A stretch of 63,204 nucleotides of DNA, filler included, from Octopus bimaculoides (GCF_001194135.2; 6 parts of 4 records of this genome joined end to end with filler, not necessarily neighbours in it); one strand, 5' to 3'; positions 37,001 to 51,170 are shown, numbered from the whole stretch's first letter. Notes: generated by a model not told the origin, from the sequence alone. Numbers and translations: made by a program.

Positions 37001-37955
37001 AGATAGAAAGACGCTAGAGGGCGAAGAGAAAACGTAAAGAAAGCAATGAATTTAGAAAACATTTATTATTGTAAGTGGAAAGATTAAAATACTTTGGAGT
37101 TACAAAGTATAAAGACCTAAGGCGATAGTAGAGCTTACATCACTTTTACAACGATAAAAGTATATTAATTTTATCATGCCAAATCCTTATCAAGATCGTG
37201 TTTTACTTCTTTTTTTTAATAAAAGTTTCACTTATTGAAGGGCGATTACTTAGTTTCACCCCATTTTTTTTTTTTTTGAGGCGAGGGTATTTTACAAAAC
37301 CATAACAAAAGATATCCTCGTTCTCCAAACATTATTATTTAAAGTTATCTCCCTTGTTAACTCTCTCTTTATTCATTTAAATATTTTCAAATGTGATTAT
37401 TGTTTAACCTTTATTTTCCTTTATTTGTCCCCTTCTGAGACCAGACGGAAATAAATTGTAAGTTACTTCATTTTTACATCTTCTGTGACTTTTATGCTTT
37501 AAATAAAACTTTCGTTATTGTATTAATAATGATTGTAAGTAACCGTGCGACGACTGTTTGTTTTTTCTAGTTACGAATATATTGTTCTCTTTTTGTTTAT
37601 TTCCTTAACAGAATTTTCATCTTGTATTTACATTTTTTTCTGTTTTTGCTGGTAATTTCACTTAGATACCTGCACCAATATGGAAATCTTGTACCAAAAC
37701 TGCTCATCTTTGGGTTCTTGTTTCTTGGAATGGTGGCTTTCTGTCAGATTTTCCCATCATGTTTAACTCGGAAGACAACAGCTGCTAACCCCTTATTCAG
37801 TAAACAACACATGATGTCCCTTAATTCCGTAGGCAACAGCTGGGGGGGGGGGGGGNNNNNNNNNNNNNNNNNNNNNNNNNNNNNNNNNNNNNNNNNNNNT
37901 TAATTAATTAANNNNNNNNNNNNNNNNNNNNNNNNNNNNNNNNNNNNNNNNNNNN

Positions 37956-37987
<32 letters not shown>

Positions 37988-38137
37988 CTACGACGGGCTT
38001 TTTTCGGTTTCCGTCTACCAAATCTACTCACAAGGCTGGAGTACGCCCGTGGCTATAGTAGAAGACACTTGCCCAGGATGCCATAGACTGAACCCGTAAC
38101 CATGTATTCTGGAAGCAAGCTTCTTACCACAGGGCCT
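37988..38137 (-). mobile_element. SINE family B 5' half ending in internal (TA)n and gap
   Basis: Reverse strand GTGGTAAGAAGCTTGCTTCC..GGGTTCAGTC..CTGGGCAAGTGTCTTCTACTATAGCC..GGTAGACGGAAACCGAAAAAGCCCGTCGTA. Confidence 0.85.
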
Positions 38138-39289
38138 ACACATATCACATTTTATTTCAGGAAATATGATATTAACATTTCTAAACATTCTCTTCTTCGT
38201 TTCTACCATGATGCATCTGCAGTCTTTTACATTAATACTCTTCGTGAATCGCAGTTTTATCTTTTCATTTCCGTTGAGTATTATGTGACGCATATTAATT
38301 GTCATTTTTTTTTCATTTATGTCTTTATTTATTTGTCTTTTGTAAAGAAAATCCCACGATTGTGTATCTATATCATTTGACTTATACATATTGCTTGCAT
38401 TCTCAGCGCAATTGGCTGTCTTCCGTTTGTAGTATTTTTTTTCAAAGAATATTTTTTAAGAAATCTAGTAAACGAATTTTTTGTCTCTATTTCCTATGAG
38501 TACCAATTTGAATGTGATGTGTATGGATGTGTCTTAGGTAGTTATGGTTACATATGTCTGCATCATTTTAATAACTCCCAAAAAGCGACTGTAGTTGAGA
38601 TTGTCGTTCTTTTCCGTCTAAACATCCTCGTTGTCATTCTTTCCATTTCTGTATATTTGTATTGTATGACAGATTATATCTCACTTCATTGAGGCATCCA
38701 TTTCTTGTTACTGGTAATGTTAATGAATCATTAAATACTTTTGCAAGCACTTAGTGCTTTGCTGTTTAATATTTCATCAAGTAGTTTGTAATTCTAGCAT
38801 TTGTATTGTTAGCGTGGTTTTTTTCATGTTTAGTAGCAGCGTGTGAGCAAATTTTAAGTGTTATCATTGCCTGACACACTTCTTGAAGTGTCACTTTTCT
38901 TGTTTTAACATTTTTACCGTATTGATTCATTGCTTGTCCATGCTTTTCAAACTGTGTTTACTTGTCTTGGCGTCGTCGCGTCATTGATTTTTGTAATTTC
39001 TCTTTATATCTTCGTAAATCAATTGCGACGTATTGTTACCAGTGAATTAACGGCACCTTATTTCATTGACGTAAATTTGTTTATTAAATTTACTGTTGTA
39101 TTGTATTCCAGTTGAAAAATTCTGAACCCACCACCACCAACACCCCTTCCTTTTTTACTCTTTCTACACTTCTCTCTGCGTAAAAATCTCCGAGCAATTT
39201 TTGTTAATTCCAATTTTTCAGTATATTTTTTTTTTTTTTCAAATTGCTTGAGTACAGCCGTTCCAGGTTAACTATATTTGAAATTCCCA

Positions 39290-40110
39290 CGTTCCACCAT
39301 CTCAAGTGCGGTTGTTGCGTGGCATGTAGAATAATTCATTGATGTTCGGATTTAGCCAGTTCTCAATTATGTTTCTTGTTACTATTTACAATACAACTTT
39401 TATTTGTGTTTGTATGACTTTGCTATTCTGCTCCTCCATTCCTTAGATGCACATTTACCTACGCCAAATATGCGCCATGCCTATATATTTACTATCGAGT
39501 CTTACAGTTTCTATCAAGGAATCTATCTCTTTTCCATTCTTACTAAAAAGATTCAGATGATCCGTGTACAGCAAATGGTTAATTGTTCCCTTACTATTTC
39601 TGTATTGATACCCTGATTTTACCTTCCTTAATATTAAACTGAGGGTGATCAAACATAAGACACACATTAAAGGAGAAAACGAGTCTCCCTGGAAAATTCC
39701 TCTTTTGATATTAACTTTCCCCAAAAGTGTGTCACCTGTGTAGAGAACTATTTTCCATTTCTTTATGCTAAAGCTAATTAATTCTCTTACGTTGTCTGTT
39801 ATACTGAATATACGCAAACATTAACTTATCGATGATTGTTGGATCATATCATATGCTTTCCTATAATCTATCCATGCTATTGTTAGATTTTTTTCTTTCT
39901 AGCTTTTACTTCATTTAGAAATGTTTTGTCGATATATAATACAGCATGCGTTCCTCTAATCTTCTTCCTACAACCTTTCTGTTTTTTTATGGCAGTAAAT
40001 TCTGGTTGTCATGGTGCTCGCAAATGCTTTCTGAAAGAATTCCTGTTAACAGTTTTCACGCTAATGGTAAGCAAGTTATCGGTCTATAGTTGCTAGCAAT
40101 ATTGTATTGT
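39290..40110 (-). mobile_element. R4/Dong-like RT relic
   Basis: NYRPITCLPL; AWIDYRKAYD; KRGIFQGDSFSPLMCVLCLITLSLIL; INHLLYTDHLNLFSKN (YMDD decayed); LIETVRLDSKYIGM. Confidence 0.9.
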
Positions 40111-40159
40111 ATTAGCATGTTTTGGTGTGGGGTTTGGTTTCTGTTTTCTGTTGTATTAT

Positions 40160-40169
40160 TATAATAATA

Positions 40170-40241
<72 letters not shown>
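40160..40241. repeat. (TTA)n microsatellite
   Basis: Seen directly. Confidence 0.95.
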
Positions 40242-41441
40242 GAGTGAGAGAACAGTGCATGCCATGAAAGTGACACCGGGGTTCAATATACGAAACCCAG
40301 TATACCCATCATGACTACCCTTCAGCGCAGGTTGTGTTCTATATCAGCCTTCTATAGCGCACATGGGTTTTATTCATTTTGTTGTGTATTTACGGTATGG
40401 GTTAATTCCTGTATGCTTTTGGAGGAGTTTTGCATAGAAGTGTGTGTAATTCATAAATTATTATTATTGTTGTTGTTGATGTTATCCTCATCGTTATCAT
40501 CATCGTCTTCATCATTATTACTATTATCACTATTGTTGTTGTGCTTGGTTTTAAAACGGCGGGCTAGAATAATAGGTAGAGTGCCAGGCAGAGTATTTTC
40601 TCTTCTTATAACTCATTACGTATGAGTTCAAGTACAGCCAGGATCAATTTTGCCATTCATTGCTTATTGCTTCATATATTTAAATAGCAAATAAAAGGAG
40701 TCCACTGTCAACGTAAGAGAGTAATGTAATCACTTGCTTCAAACTGCGCGTCTTACGCCCCAAAAGAGAAAGAATTGTTATTAATATAAACAATCAATCA
40801 ATCAATTAGTTAATCAATAATAACAACAACAACAACCACAGTTGCAATAATAATAGCATGATTGTTATTATCATTATTATAAATTCCTTCAGGTAATTGT
40901 TTTCTATAATTAACACATTTTAAACTTTTAGCTTTTCAAGTAATTATTTAAAAAAAAAAGACTATTCCGGAACATTAACATGTAAATGCAAAACATGATA
41001 AAAACAAAATATTAATGTGTGTGCCCCGTTGCATGTTTGTCTGTGTGTTGTGTGTTGTGTATTTTTTTTTATATTAGCGTGTGTATATAAATCGGCTGCT
41101 TTTGCATAGTCTTGAAATACCTGCCGCTCAATCAGGAGTCGGAAGAACAAATTGGAAAAGCCTCGGTTTAAAACACACACCATAATTTAATATCCCGTCA
41201 GAAAACTTGAGAAGCCCACATGGGGTGGGCATAAATGTATTCCCAAAACAGCACGATATCCTGCTTCCTTCGATTCCAGGAGATCCTATATCATTGTCAT
41301 AAACTGAACCGAAGGCGGCGATCTAAAATTTTATCATTCACCTAAAAGTATTGTTGAACATACATGTGCGATAGGTGTTGCTCCAGCATTGCCACCGCCT
41401 TAGGACTAGTAATAACGAATGTGATTGAAAAGGAAGAACAA

Positions 41442-41518
<77 letters not shown>
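41442..41518. repeat. (TG)n microsatellite
   Basis: Seen directly. Confidence 0.95.
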
Positions 41519-41521
<3 letters not shown>

Positions 41522-44254
41522 CGTGATGGTAAACGTCATTTCGACGGCCAGTAACAACTGAAAAATCTGAAGGTATTTATATTTTCTTTCTCGTTCTCTT
41601 CCTCGCAATATATACAAAAGATAAAGTAACAAAGATTTAGTACCCCTTGATAACTGGAAAATATTCAATACGTTTGGAAACATGCATTTATAATTTTCTT
41701 TAGAACATACATTTTCAGTTTCTTCTTCTATCCTCGACTATTGGATAAAATGAAATGACACTGTGAATATATTTTATGACATTCTGTAAAATCAACTTGT
41801 AGTCTGTTATACTTCTCGTGAGGGACACGTGTACTNNNNNNNNNNNNNNNNNNNNNNNNNNNNNNNNNNNNNNNNNNNNNNNNNNNNNNNNNNNNNNNNN
41901 NNNNNNNNNNNNNNTATAGTATGATTTATTTATTTTACCAGAGAAAGAAGAAACTATTTTTGTTTTACGTTTTATTTATTTTTTAATGCAAGAGTCATCA
42001 TTTTCCTTGAATTTTCGTTGGTTTTTTTAATTTTCTTATTGTAATATTGATAAAATTTTTCCCGTAAGCTACACAATAAAGAGAACATTGAATTATATGT
42101 CCTGTTTACATTTATGGAAGTTGTTCCTATCTTGTGTTTTGTTTTGCTTTGTATTGTGTTCTAGATATGTTTTGAATTTATCATTTTCACTACTGCCTTG
42201 AGGATTATTTTTATAGAAGAAGCACTTTTGTAACACTAGAGTTTTCGATTCAAAATTCTGTTACTTGTAGACGGAAAAGGGTTTGTAATTATTGAAGTAG
42301 ATAAATTGAAAGGTGAGAGGTAAAAGGTTAACATATACCAATGAAAAATATCTTATTATTTTACCCTGAAGCCGCAGGAATCATAAATTTGTATCTAGAA
42401 ATTTTATTTTTTTATATTTAATACACAGTATATAAGTAACGACTAACTTCAAATAGTAGAATAGTATTAGTATTCGTGAGTATAAACAAGGTCATTATCT
42501 CTGGTAGCAAAGAATTTGTAGTTGAAGTTAATTTAAACTGATTAAAAAAAAGTAAGAGTAAAATACATGTAATTATGTTTAATCATGTGATGGAATTTAA
42601 ATCCAGGTAACAATGACACAATAGTTTAATCTTATAGTTTACGAGTTCACTCATTAGCAGGTGGTTACGCAGTTTTAAGCATGGCGAATTTTCGATAGAA
42701 AATGCAGAATAACCAAATAATTTTGATCTTATAAGTTGAAAAGTTCCTAAGTAAATCACATACGTGCGGTTTCATCCGCTGTACATTTTTTTTTCCTCTA
42801 AAATGTTTAAGATGAAACGAAAATTATTAGGTCTTCTTTATGAAGAAATTTTCACATAAATTAATTACTTGCTTTATAATAAGAGCAGTGATTAAATAAT
42901 AAAATTGATAATAATAAAATGCTTGTATAACGTGCTCAGGTGTAATACAAAAGTAAATGGCATTAGGTGTAGTGTTGGCGAATTTCAGGAAGCATGGACA
43001 TTTTTAAGAATGTAGTGTCTCGACAGCGAAAATTTAATGCAGGTAGTTTATTCGATGCATCAGTAATTTCTGGCGTGAAAAAATGCTTCGGAAAATCACG
43101 GGTTCTGTGTTGTTATTTTTCATATTGTAAGTATATCTCAAGTGTTTGACACATGAATTCAATATTATCACACCAGTTCATGTATCCTGCGCCAAACAAT
43201 GTTTGTCATGAGAGTTTCCTTATTCATCCTGTCATACCTACTAAGGTATTTACAATGAAACCGTTGTTTAGTTGAGTGTGGCATAATAGATTAGTTGCTT
43301 ACTGACTGCTCACTTACTTTGTACTTGCCGAGATATTAGCCCATACTGTTAGCAACTGCCTAAATCTGTGTCCCCTTGTCCACTGTGTTCTTATTGTACC
43401 TTTTCTTTATCAGCTCACCTCACGTATATTTTAGGGATCTTCAATATTACTCACCCCTTTAAACATCTTAACACAACTAAAACAAAAAAAAATTTATACT
43501 CAGCTTAAAATCAATTCTAGACCGTAATATATCAGCGTCATGTGATGTTTGCATAAAACATGGCGCTGCCCATATCTGATATCTTTCAGCGAGAAGTCCC
43601 TTTATATCCCGATTTATAATTTCCTCTTAAAAAGTGTATCTAGGGCACAATATCTATAACACTATCTATATGGAGTAGATTATATTTAATTCATAATAAA
43701 ATAAGTCCCGGTAATATAATGTAATACTATAATGCTCGTATCTTATACAGCTATAACATTTTGAACTATACTTTTCGTAATGTATGCGTTCAAGAGGCTC
43801 TGTTATATTAGATATTTGATAGTTATCATTAAAATAATACTAAGAAAATTATACGCACATAACATATTTTCTGACAAAATATGTAGCATTAAAATTGCTA
43901 TTGAAGAGAAGTGCCTATATTTTATCGACTAGAATTCCTACGTTCATAAACGGTGTGTAGAATAGCGAAAGATGAAAGCAAAACGGATATGTCTCTATAG
44001 CTAGTGTTAACCCACATTACTCAGCAAGTGATATGCAAATAAAAGAATGTTAAAAGAAAAACATAAAAAAGAGAAATTAACTGAAATGGTGAGGTGGTAG
44101 GAAAAGCTGAGAAGAAGAACATAAAGGAGTTTGAAATGGATTTATGGAATAATCGAATATTTCAGAATGAATAGCGAAAATCAGAAATAGAAACAGGAAC
44201 CAGTTTCCAGAAATGAAGAAAACAGCACGTAATCTGACACACCCACACGCAAAT

Positions 44255-44257
<3 letters not shown>

Positions 44258-44336
<79 letters not shown>
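44258..44336. repeat. (TA)n microsatellite
   Basis: Seen directly. Confidence 0.95.
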
Positions 44337-45252
44337 TGAGAGAGAGAGAGAATCAGATACATACATATATACGTACACACCCAAACATGCACAGATCATC
44401 CGTTCTTTTGTTAAGGGAAATTTTAAGGCTGACGTTGATTTTTCGAATTATTCAGTACCACCCAAGTCTTCACAATACATTTAATGGAACTAAGAGCACT
44501 CGTCATAACTTTTACTCCCACAGCAAGATATCACATCAAATTATTGATTAACGAATCGGCCTTATGCACTCTTTCTGGCGGAATTATATTTAACATAATC
44601 CGAACCTTTTTCACATTTTCATTCACCTTTCCTGACATTTTCTTTGTTTATGGTTCTTTCGTTCCTTCATTCATTTATTCTGTCCTTCTTTATTCTTTTA
44701 TCCTAAAACTGAATGCCATTTCAATCCACCTCCTCCTATATAAACTTCTTTCCCTTCAGCCTGATTTTAATCATACTTTTTTTCCAATTACATTGTTAAT
44801 TGATATGTTTTACTTTCCAAACGCGTTCATTCTTACACAAAGCGTTCCTCATCATTCCATTTCATTCAATTTCGAGAATTCTTCTGTCACTCTATTTCCG
44901 GTTTATATTCGTTTTCATTCCATATTTCACATGTTCATTGTACCCTTATCAGTAGTTTATTATTCTATACCGACATCCGGTATATTGCACAGTACCTCTT
45001 GAGGTTCCCGCCTATACAGCTGCTGCCGTTAATGTTAAATGAAACAAAAAATTATCTAGTAAAGATCTCCATCCCAGGAAATGGGTGTTGCATCATTTTA
45101 GAGCGCGATCCTACTGATATATTTTAAAATTTCTATCTGAAATGTATTGTCAACAAGTAGGTATACACGGTGTGTTAGAAGAGCATGAATTTACGATTCC
45201 TAATATCGTATACATGGATAAATCTGTCACAGTAATGTATCTACCAATTTTA

Positions 45253-45620
45253 AGAAGGCGAACTGACAGATACGTTAGCACACTTTGCGTTTCATCCTTT
45301 CGGGGTCGATAAATTTAATACCAGTTGCGTACCGTGGTCTAATCGACTGGCCCCCTCCCAAAAAAATTCTGGCGTTGTGCCTAGAATAGAAAACAGTAAA
45401 AGCGGCGATCTGGCAAAAACATTAGCACACAGGGCGAAATGCTTAGCGGTATTTTGTCGGCCGTTAAGTTCTGAGTTCAAATTCCGCCGAGGTCGACTTT
45501 GCATTTCATCTTTTCGGGGTCGAAAAATTAAGGTCCTGTTGCGTACTGGGGTCGATCTAATCCCCTCCCCCCCCCTACTCACAAAAAATGTCGGGCCTTG
45601 TGCCTAGAGTAGAAAAGAAT
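45253..45620 (+). mobile_element. Tandem pair of SINE family A (first internally deleted, second full)
   Basis: First copy jumps from GTTAGCAC to ACTTTGCGTTTCATCC (B-box segment missing); second (45400-45620) is near-consensus. Confidence 0.88.
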
Positions 45621-46475
45621 ATATCTCCTAAATTTAATTAAAATAACAACTATTCTCGTTTTATAGTTGTTATAAACTGCATGTCCTGTGCAACGCTATT
45701 ACAGTTGGCATCATCAATAAGGTCGGGTAATCGTGGAGTTAAAACATTTTGGAAGGCCTTTCTTTTTTCTTGAATGCCAAATCTAGAATACCAAATCTTG
45801 CTTCTTTCATTGTTGTTTCATATGTTTCTTCCCTTAACGTGCGGCCACGCTGGAGCATTTCTCTGAAGAGTTTAGTCAGACAAAGCAACACCTGTATATA
45901 TCTATCTTTATGTATGGTGTGTATTCTAACCGTCTCTTTTGCCAAACCACTATCTTACGGGGATGCGAACAGACACAAACCGGTTGCCAAGTGCTGGTTG
46001 GGGGAACCAAACACAAAGACAGTTAGCACACCCTCCCCCACACTCATACACATCCGCACACAAACACTTCACAGACACACACCTACTCACACACACATAT
46101 ATCCATACATACACACATGATGAACTTCCGGAGTTTTCGTTTCCAAAATCCAATGACAGGGCGTTGGTCGGCTGGAAGCTATAATAGTGGATACTGTCCC
46201 AAGGTGCCGTTCAATGGTTCTGAACGCAATATGACATGACCTCAAATTAACCTTCTTAACCATACATCCATGCTTGCGTCTATATAGGAGGTAATTAAAA
46301 TATGTATACATTTTTGTTTATAAGCCGCAAAAGCTTGCGTATTTAGCACCTTCCTAATATTCCACATAATATAAATACCTATTAAAATAAAATTTACACG
46401 AAATGCATTTGACTAACTCACAGGTTCAGAGTTGAACAAACCCAGAAATATTTTCAAAAGTAAGTAGAACTATAA

Positions 46476-46860
46476 GCGCATGCGTGGTTGTGTTCTAACA
46501 AGCTTGTTCTCCAACTACATGGCATCTTGGTCAAGTGTTTTCTACTATAACCTGGGGCCGATCAAAGATTTGTATATATACGTGTGTGCATATATGTGTG
46601 AGTGTGGGTGTGTCTGTGTGTTTTTGTGCATATATGTGTGTGTGGTCTTTGTGTCAGTGTTTGTTCCCCACCAATAGTTGACAACTGGAGTTGGTGTGTT
46701 TACATCCCTGTAACTTAGCGGTTCGGAAAAAGAAGCCGATAGAATCAGTATGAGATATGAAAATAAATCCTGGGGTGAATTCGTTCGACTAAAAGACTTC
46801 AATGTGGTGCCCCAGCATGGCCGCAGTCTATTGACTGAAACAAGTAAAACATAAAAGATA
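46476..46860 (+). mobile_element. SINE family B, full span with internal TA/TG microsatellite
   Basis: Head AAGCTTGTTCTCCAACTACATGG..CTTGGTCAAGTGTTTTCTACTATA; microsatellite about 46555-46650; tail GTAACTTAGCGGTTCGG..CCCCAGCATGGCCGCAGTC..GAAACAAGTAAAA. Confidence 0.85.
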
Positions 46861-47869
46861 ATGTGTTGGCTCCGTGCTGGGAATAATAGCAAATTACATT
46901 CAAAATCCCGTTCTAAATTTCCACTGAAAAGCAATACAAACTTTAGACAGAATAATATACACATGCCTTGCCAACATAGATAATCAAGAACAGGTGGAGA
47001 CACTTTTTATTTGTTTGTCTTTGGAAATGAATTTGCGCAATATCAGATCAAAATAATCAAAATATAATTTCATTTGTATTACAGAATAGAAGGGTGCCGT
47101 TGTTGAACCATACATTAGTTTTTCCTATTTACGAGGAAGTTAATAAGATGTATTTGATGTGACTTAATCCAAATTGAGTTTGAATGTAATCTCACATATG
47201 AGATTTCTCGCTAGAATTTGTAAAGTATTATATTGGAATTAACGGCATCAGAAGCTATAATTGTCTTTTTGTAAATAGAGATGGGCATTAGCATTTAGTA
47301 ATTTCTATGCTTCTAGTAGGTAACACTGTGAAACAGGTGAAATATAGCTGATATGATACTAATGTACTTCAGGTATTAATTCATTCTGCATGTAAGATTT
47401 CATTTATAGGTACTTGTTGAGTCGATGCCTCTAAGCGAAGAAGTAGGATGGCCCAAGACGTATAAATAGAGGTAGTCTAGCCGTTGTAGAAGTGTTGAGT
47501 GACTGTTGAGAAACCGTCGTGTAGCGGTTGAGTAGAGATAATCCGAAGGTGCTAGATAGCAGTAGGTTGAGACGTAACAGTACTGTTTTCACTATAAGGA
47601 AAAGCTCTTGGTTTGTTAGGTAGACACTGCAAGAAAAAAAAAACCCAACATTACAACTGCCAATATCGCCTTCTTAAATGCTGCAAATCGCTTTCTAAAA
47701 TATGAGGCTTTGTGTAGCAGGGTAAACTCTTCTAACACACGTCTATTTAATATACAATTAGCACCTCTTTGTCTCTACTAACGCATTCGCTGTAGAAATT
47801 CAGGCCCGTGTGAATACGAAACCTTATTTTGTGTCAATGGAGAAAAGTGTTTACACATATACATGATAG

Positions 47870-48041
47870 ATCGCTAACCACAAAACACATTTTTTCTCTC
47901 CTTGTTTCTGTGTTCCTTACTGTGGAAGAGCCTAGGCTCGAAACGTTAAAGACTTTTTCAATTCCCGAGCGTTATACCAATACATCTGTTTGTTTTCCAC
48001 ACCACCTGTCTTCTTCTTTTGTTTTGTTTTTGTGAATTCTC

Positions 48042-48045
<4 letters not shown>
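47870..48045 (+). repeat. Dispersed repeat (Penelope-LTR-like) containing a decayed hammerhead motif at 47916-47951
   Basis: CTTA-CTGTGGA-A-GAGC(CTAG)GCTC-GAAA-CGT-T-AAAG; homologous to the reverse complement of 53690-53830. Confidence 0.65.
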
Positions 48046-48115
<70 letters not shown>

Positions 48116-48130
48116 CGTATGTGTATATGT

Positions 48131-48174
<44 letters not shown>

Positions 48175-50048
48175 TCACTCAAATTGTATGAGAAAACAGT
48201 TACAGTTGACAACTACCTATCTTGCTTACTAGATTAATAAACTAATAAATAAATAGTCACGGGAATTTTAATGCAACTCTTACCTTAACTGTTCTGAAAT
48301 GAACTGAAAATATAAGAATGATTACAAGTAAACTCTCAGGTGTCGTTGATGCTCTTGTTGCTATTGCTTTTTGTTGCTTCTTTTTCCGAAGCAGGAACCG
48401 TCCGATCGGTCGTATCTTCAGTGCAGAAAAAATGTAACAGGTGTTACTTTTTCAGGCATAGTACATCTAGAATTATATTACACAGTATGTAATACCTCGG
48501 TTTATGACTTCTCTAAATGATCTGATGACGAACTTCTACCACCTTTCACATTTGGACTGCCTACTTAGAATATCGCACGTTCCCTCTCCCAGAAGAATGA
48601 TACTTTTTTTTCATATTGACACACGATCAAATGTCACAATATGACCCGGGCAGAGAATTTCACCAAAATATATGTTAATCAATTATTTTATCAGTATTTT
48701 CTAAAGTGTTTATCAGGTTGTATAGTTAGATGGTCAGGAAATGAATTTGGTCCGCCTCTTTATACTGTCTGTTTATTCAGCAATTGTGCATATATGTAAC
48801 ACATTGAATTATATTCAATATGTTCATTACATTCTGAGCAAATTTATCTTTGACCTCATCAGATGAAATCAATTACAAGTCAAGGTGTGATCTACAATCA
48901 TCTTCCCCAGAATCGATAGCGTTGGGTTTCAGTTTTGAACAATTATTATCGCTATTCCTTCGGAGGTGGTTTCTTCGAAAAAATTCCTCTGGCCGCAGCG
49001 TATCAAGAGAAATACTTTTATTTTTTTAATTTGCTGAGAATTGTCTTTTACTGTCGTAGCAGACAAAATACAAAGTTTTAATAAGAAGCTCAGAGTTTTG
49101 AAATTTCTTAAAATTAAATTAATTATCAAACTTCTCAAGAGATAAAACAATAATTGTATTGTTTATATGTTTTTACATTTCTTCTTCTTGTTTTTTCTCC
49201 ATCGGTTGCATTGAATCATAACCAATGACTGGATATTTATCCTTCCCTGATGACGTCTTCTTACCGGTGCATTAGTTAGATTAAATATTCTGACCTAAGT
49301 AGTAAGTCCACTCAAATATATATAACAGTTTGTTGGTTTACAATGTCAAGAACACTTATAATACGAAGTGTTATAATGTCAAGTAGGATGTAAAACCGGA
49401 TCACTTTAATTTTCTTCATCAATAATCAATGGAGGTCTGCATAAAATATCTACGTACAAACCTGCAGGCTACGAAATGTGATAAATATTTAAAGATAAAC
49501 TCGGAAATGAAAATTCAACTCCATTTTATACAAAACGAAGAAGACATTTTGATGGTCAACACAAGAGGTCTACAGCTTCTAGCACCAATCAAAACTAATT
49601 AAATGGTAGGCACTTTGCTTTAAAGTAAATCTTGTTTATTAATCAATTACTAATTTACTAAGGTTATAGCAGATCATTTTAAAAGTAGATTTCCTTCAAC
49701 ATTAAATAGACAATTTTAGACCTAGACATACACCTCAATCAACACCTCTCCACAGTTGTAGTATGTTCCAATTATAAATAGCGTTAAAGACGTAACATCT
49801 CGCAATTAGTTTCGTTTGAATTTAGCTCAAAGCAAATAACCCTCCTGCTACACACCCTCTCCCTCCTCCACATATCTTCTGCCTCATTTACTCTACACTT
49901 CATCAATGTCATCAGCCTCGTTCCAACACCCACTTAATGCTATTTCTCTTCTCACGGCCCACATTTCTTCTTCTTCTTCTTCTTCTTCTTCTTCTTCTCC
50001 GCCACCTCCTCCTCGTCGTTGTTGTTATTGTTGTAATTATTATTATTA

Positions 50049-50535
50049 AAGTCGACGAGCTGCCAGATTCGTTAATAAACGGGGTGAAAGCATCGCGGCA
50101 TTTCATCTGTCTCTATATCCTGAGTTCAAATTCCGCCAATATCGTCTTCGCTTTTAATCTTTCTGGTACTCGATAAAATGAGTATAAGGAAAGAACTGAT
50201 GTCAATCTAATCAACTTCCCTCCCTTCCGGATTTGATGGCGTTCTGCCAAAATTGGAGACTAATTTTACAAAATGTTTGATTCAATTTAGTATTTAGGTA
50301 TATTGCAAACATCTACCTCATATTCAAAGGCGGCGAGCTGGCAGATTCGTTAGAACGCCGAACCGAATGCTTGGGAGTATTCTGTCTGTCTTTGAGTTCA
50401 AAATCTGCGGTGGTCGTTCTTGCCTGTTATCGTTTTGGAGTCGATAAATAAAGTACCAGTTGAGCATCAGAGTCAATATAATCGATTAGCACCCTTTTCC
50501 AGCAAATTTCAGACCTTGTGCTTATAATAGAAAGG
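50049..50535 (+). mobile_element. Tandem pair of SINE family A (50049-50265, 50327-50535)
   Basis: Both have GAGCTG[CG]CAGATTCGTTA head, GAGTTCAAAT B-box and TCGATAAA..AGTA centre. Confidence 0.8.
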
Positions 50536-50849
50536 ATCATCATCATCGTCGTCGTCGTTGTCATCATATTTTTTGAACGAGAAATCAGAGTTTTGCAAGA
50601 TTGACAATCAATGATCAAGCATAAACGGAGGATAAAACACATCTCCCACTATTCTACAAGAAGAACATTGATAAAAGATTACGTTTTTCAAGAATTGTTG
50701 TAAATACTCTTCACAAAATGTTTCTTTTTATGAAAAGCTAGGTTCTTTTTAAATGAGTAGAGGTACCTCAAAAACCATCTGCGAGATAAATAAAGGAGGT
50801 ATATAGTGGGAATAGTTTTAATACGCTTTTCCCAAATGATGCGAGTGAT

Positions 50850-51170
50850 ATGGAAACAGTAGTGAATATTTACAGTGATCAGAGTTACACAATAATTAAT
50901 ACCAATTGAGACAAAATATTCTACATCACTGTCATTGGAGATTTCAATTAGTCTATGTCATTTCCATTTATGGCATTTTATATTGTATTCCAAACATAAC
51001 GTTCACAGAATGAAATCGCTTCATCACTGCATAGAAGTCGTTAAAATCTTAGCTTTCGATTTGGTCAAATTTAGCATTTTGCAACGAGGACTACTCAAAT
51101 TGCCCCTACAAAAATATCTGAAGAGTTGGGCCTGGAACACTTTGTAAATGTGAGGAATGATGATTTGTAA
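50850..51170 (+). mobile_element. Possible old LINE APE endonuclease relic
   Basis: YITVIGDFN followed by LGLEHFVN; otherwise heavily degraded. Confidence 0.3.

Noticed and set aside
48330-48430. Segment reading as TM/signal peptide (+) or DTTDRTVPASEKEATKSNSNKSINDT* (-)
   Set aside because: Derived from a degenerate TTG/CAA repeat; phase does not match the repeat exons; weak splice sites.
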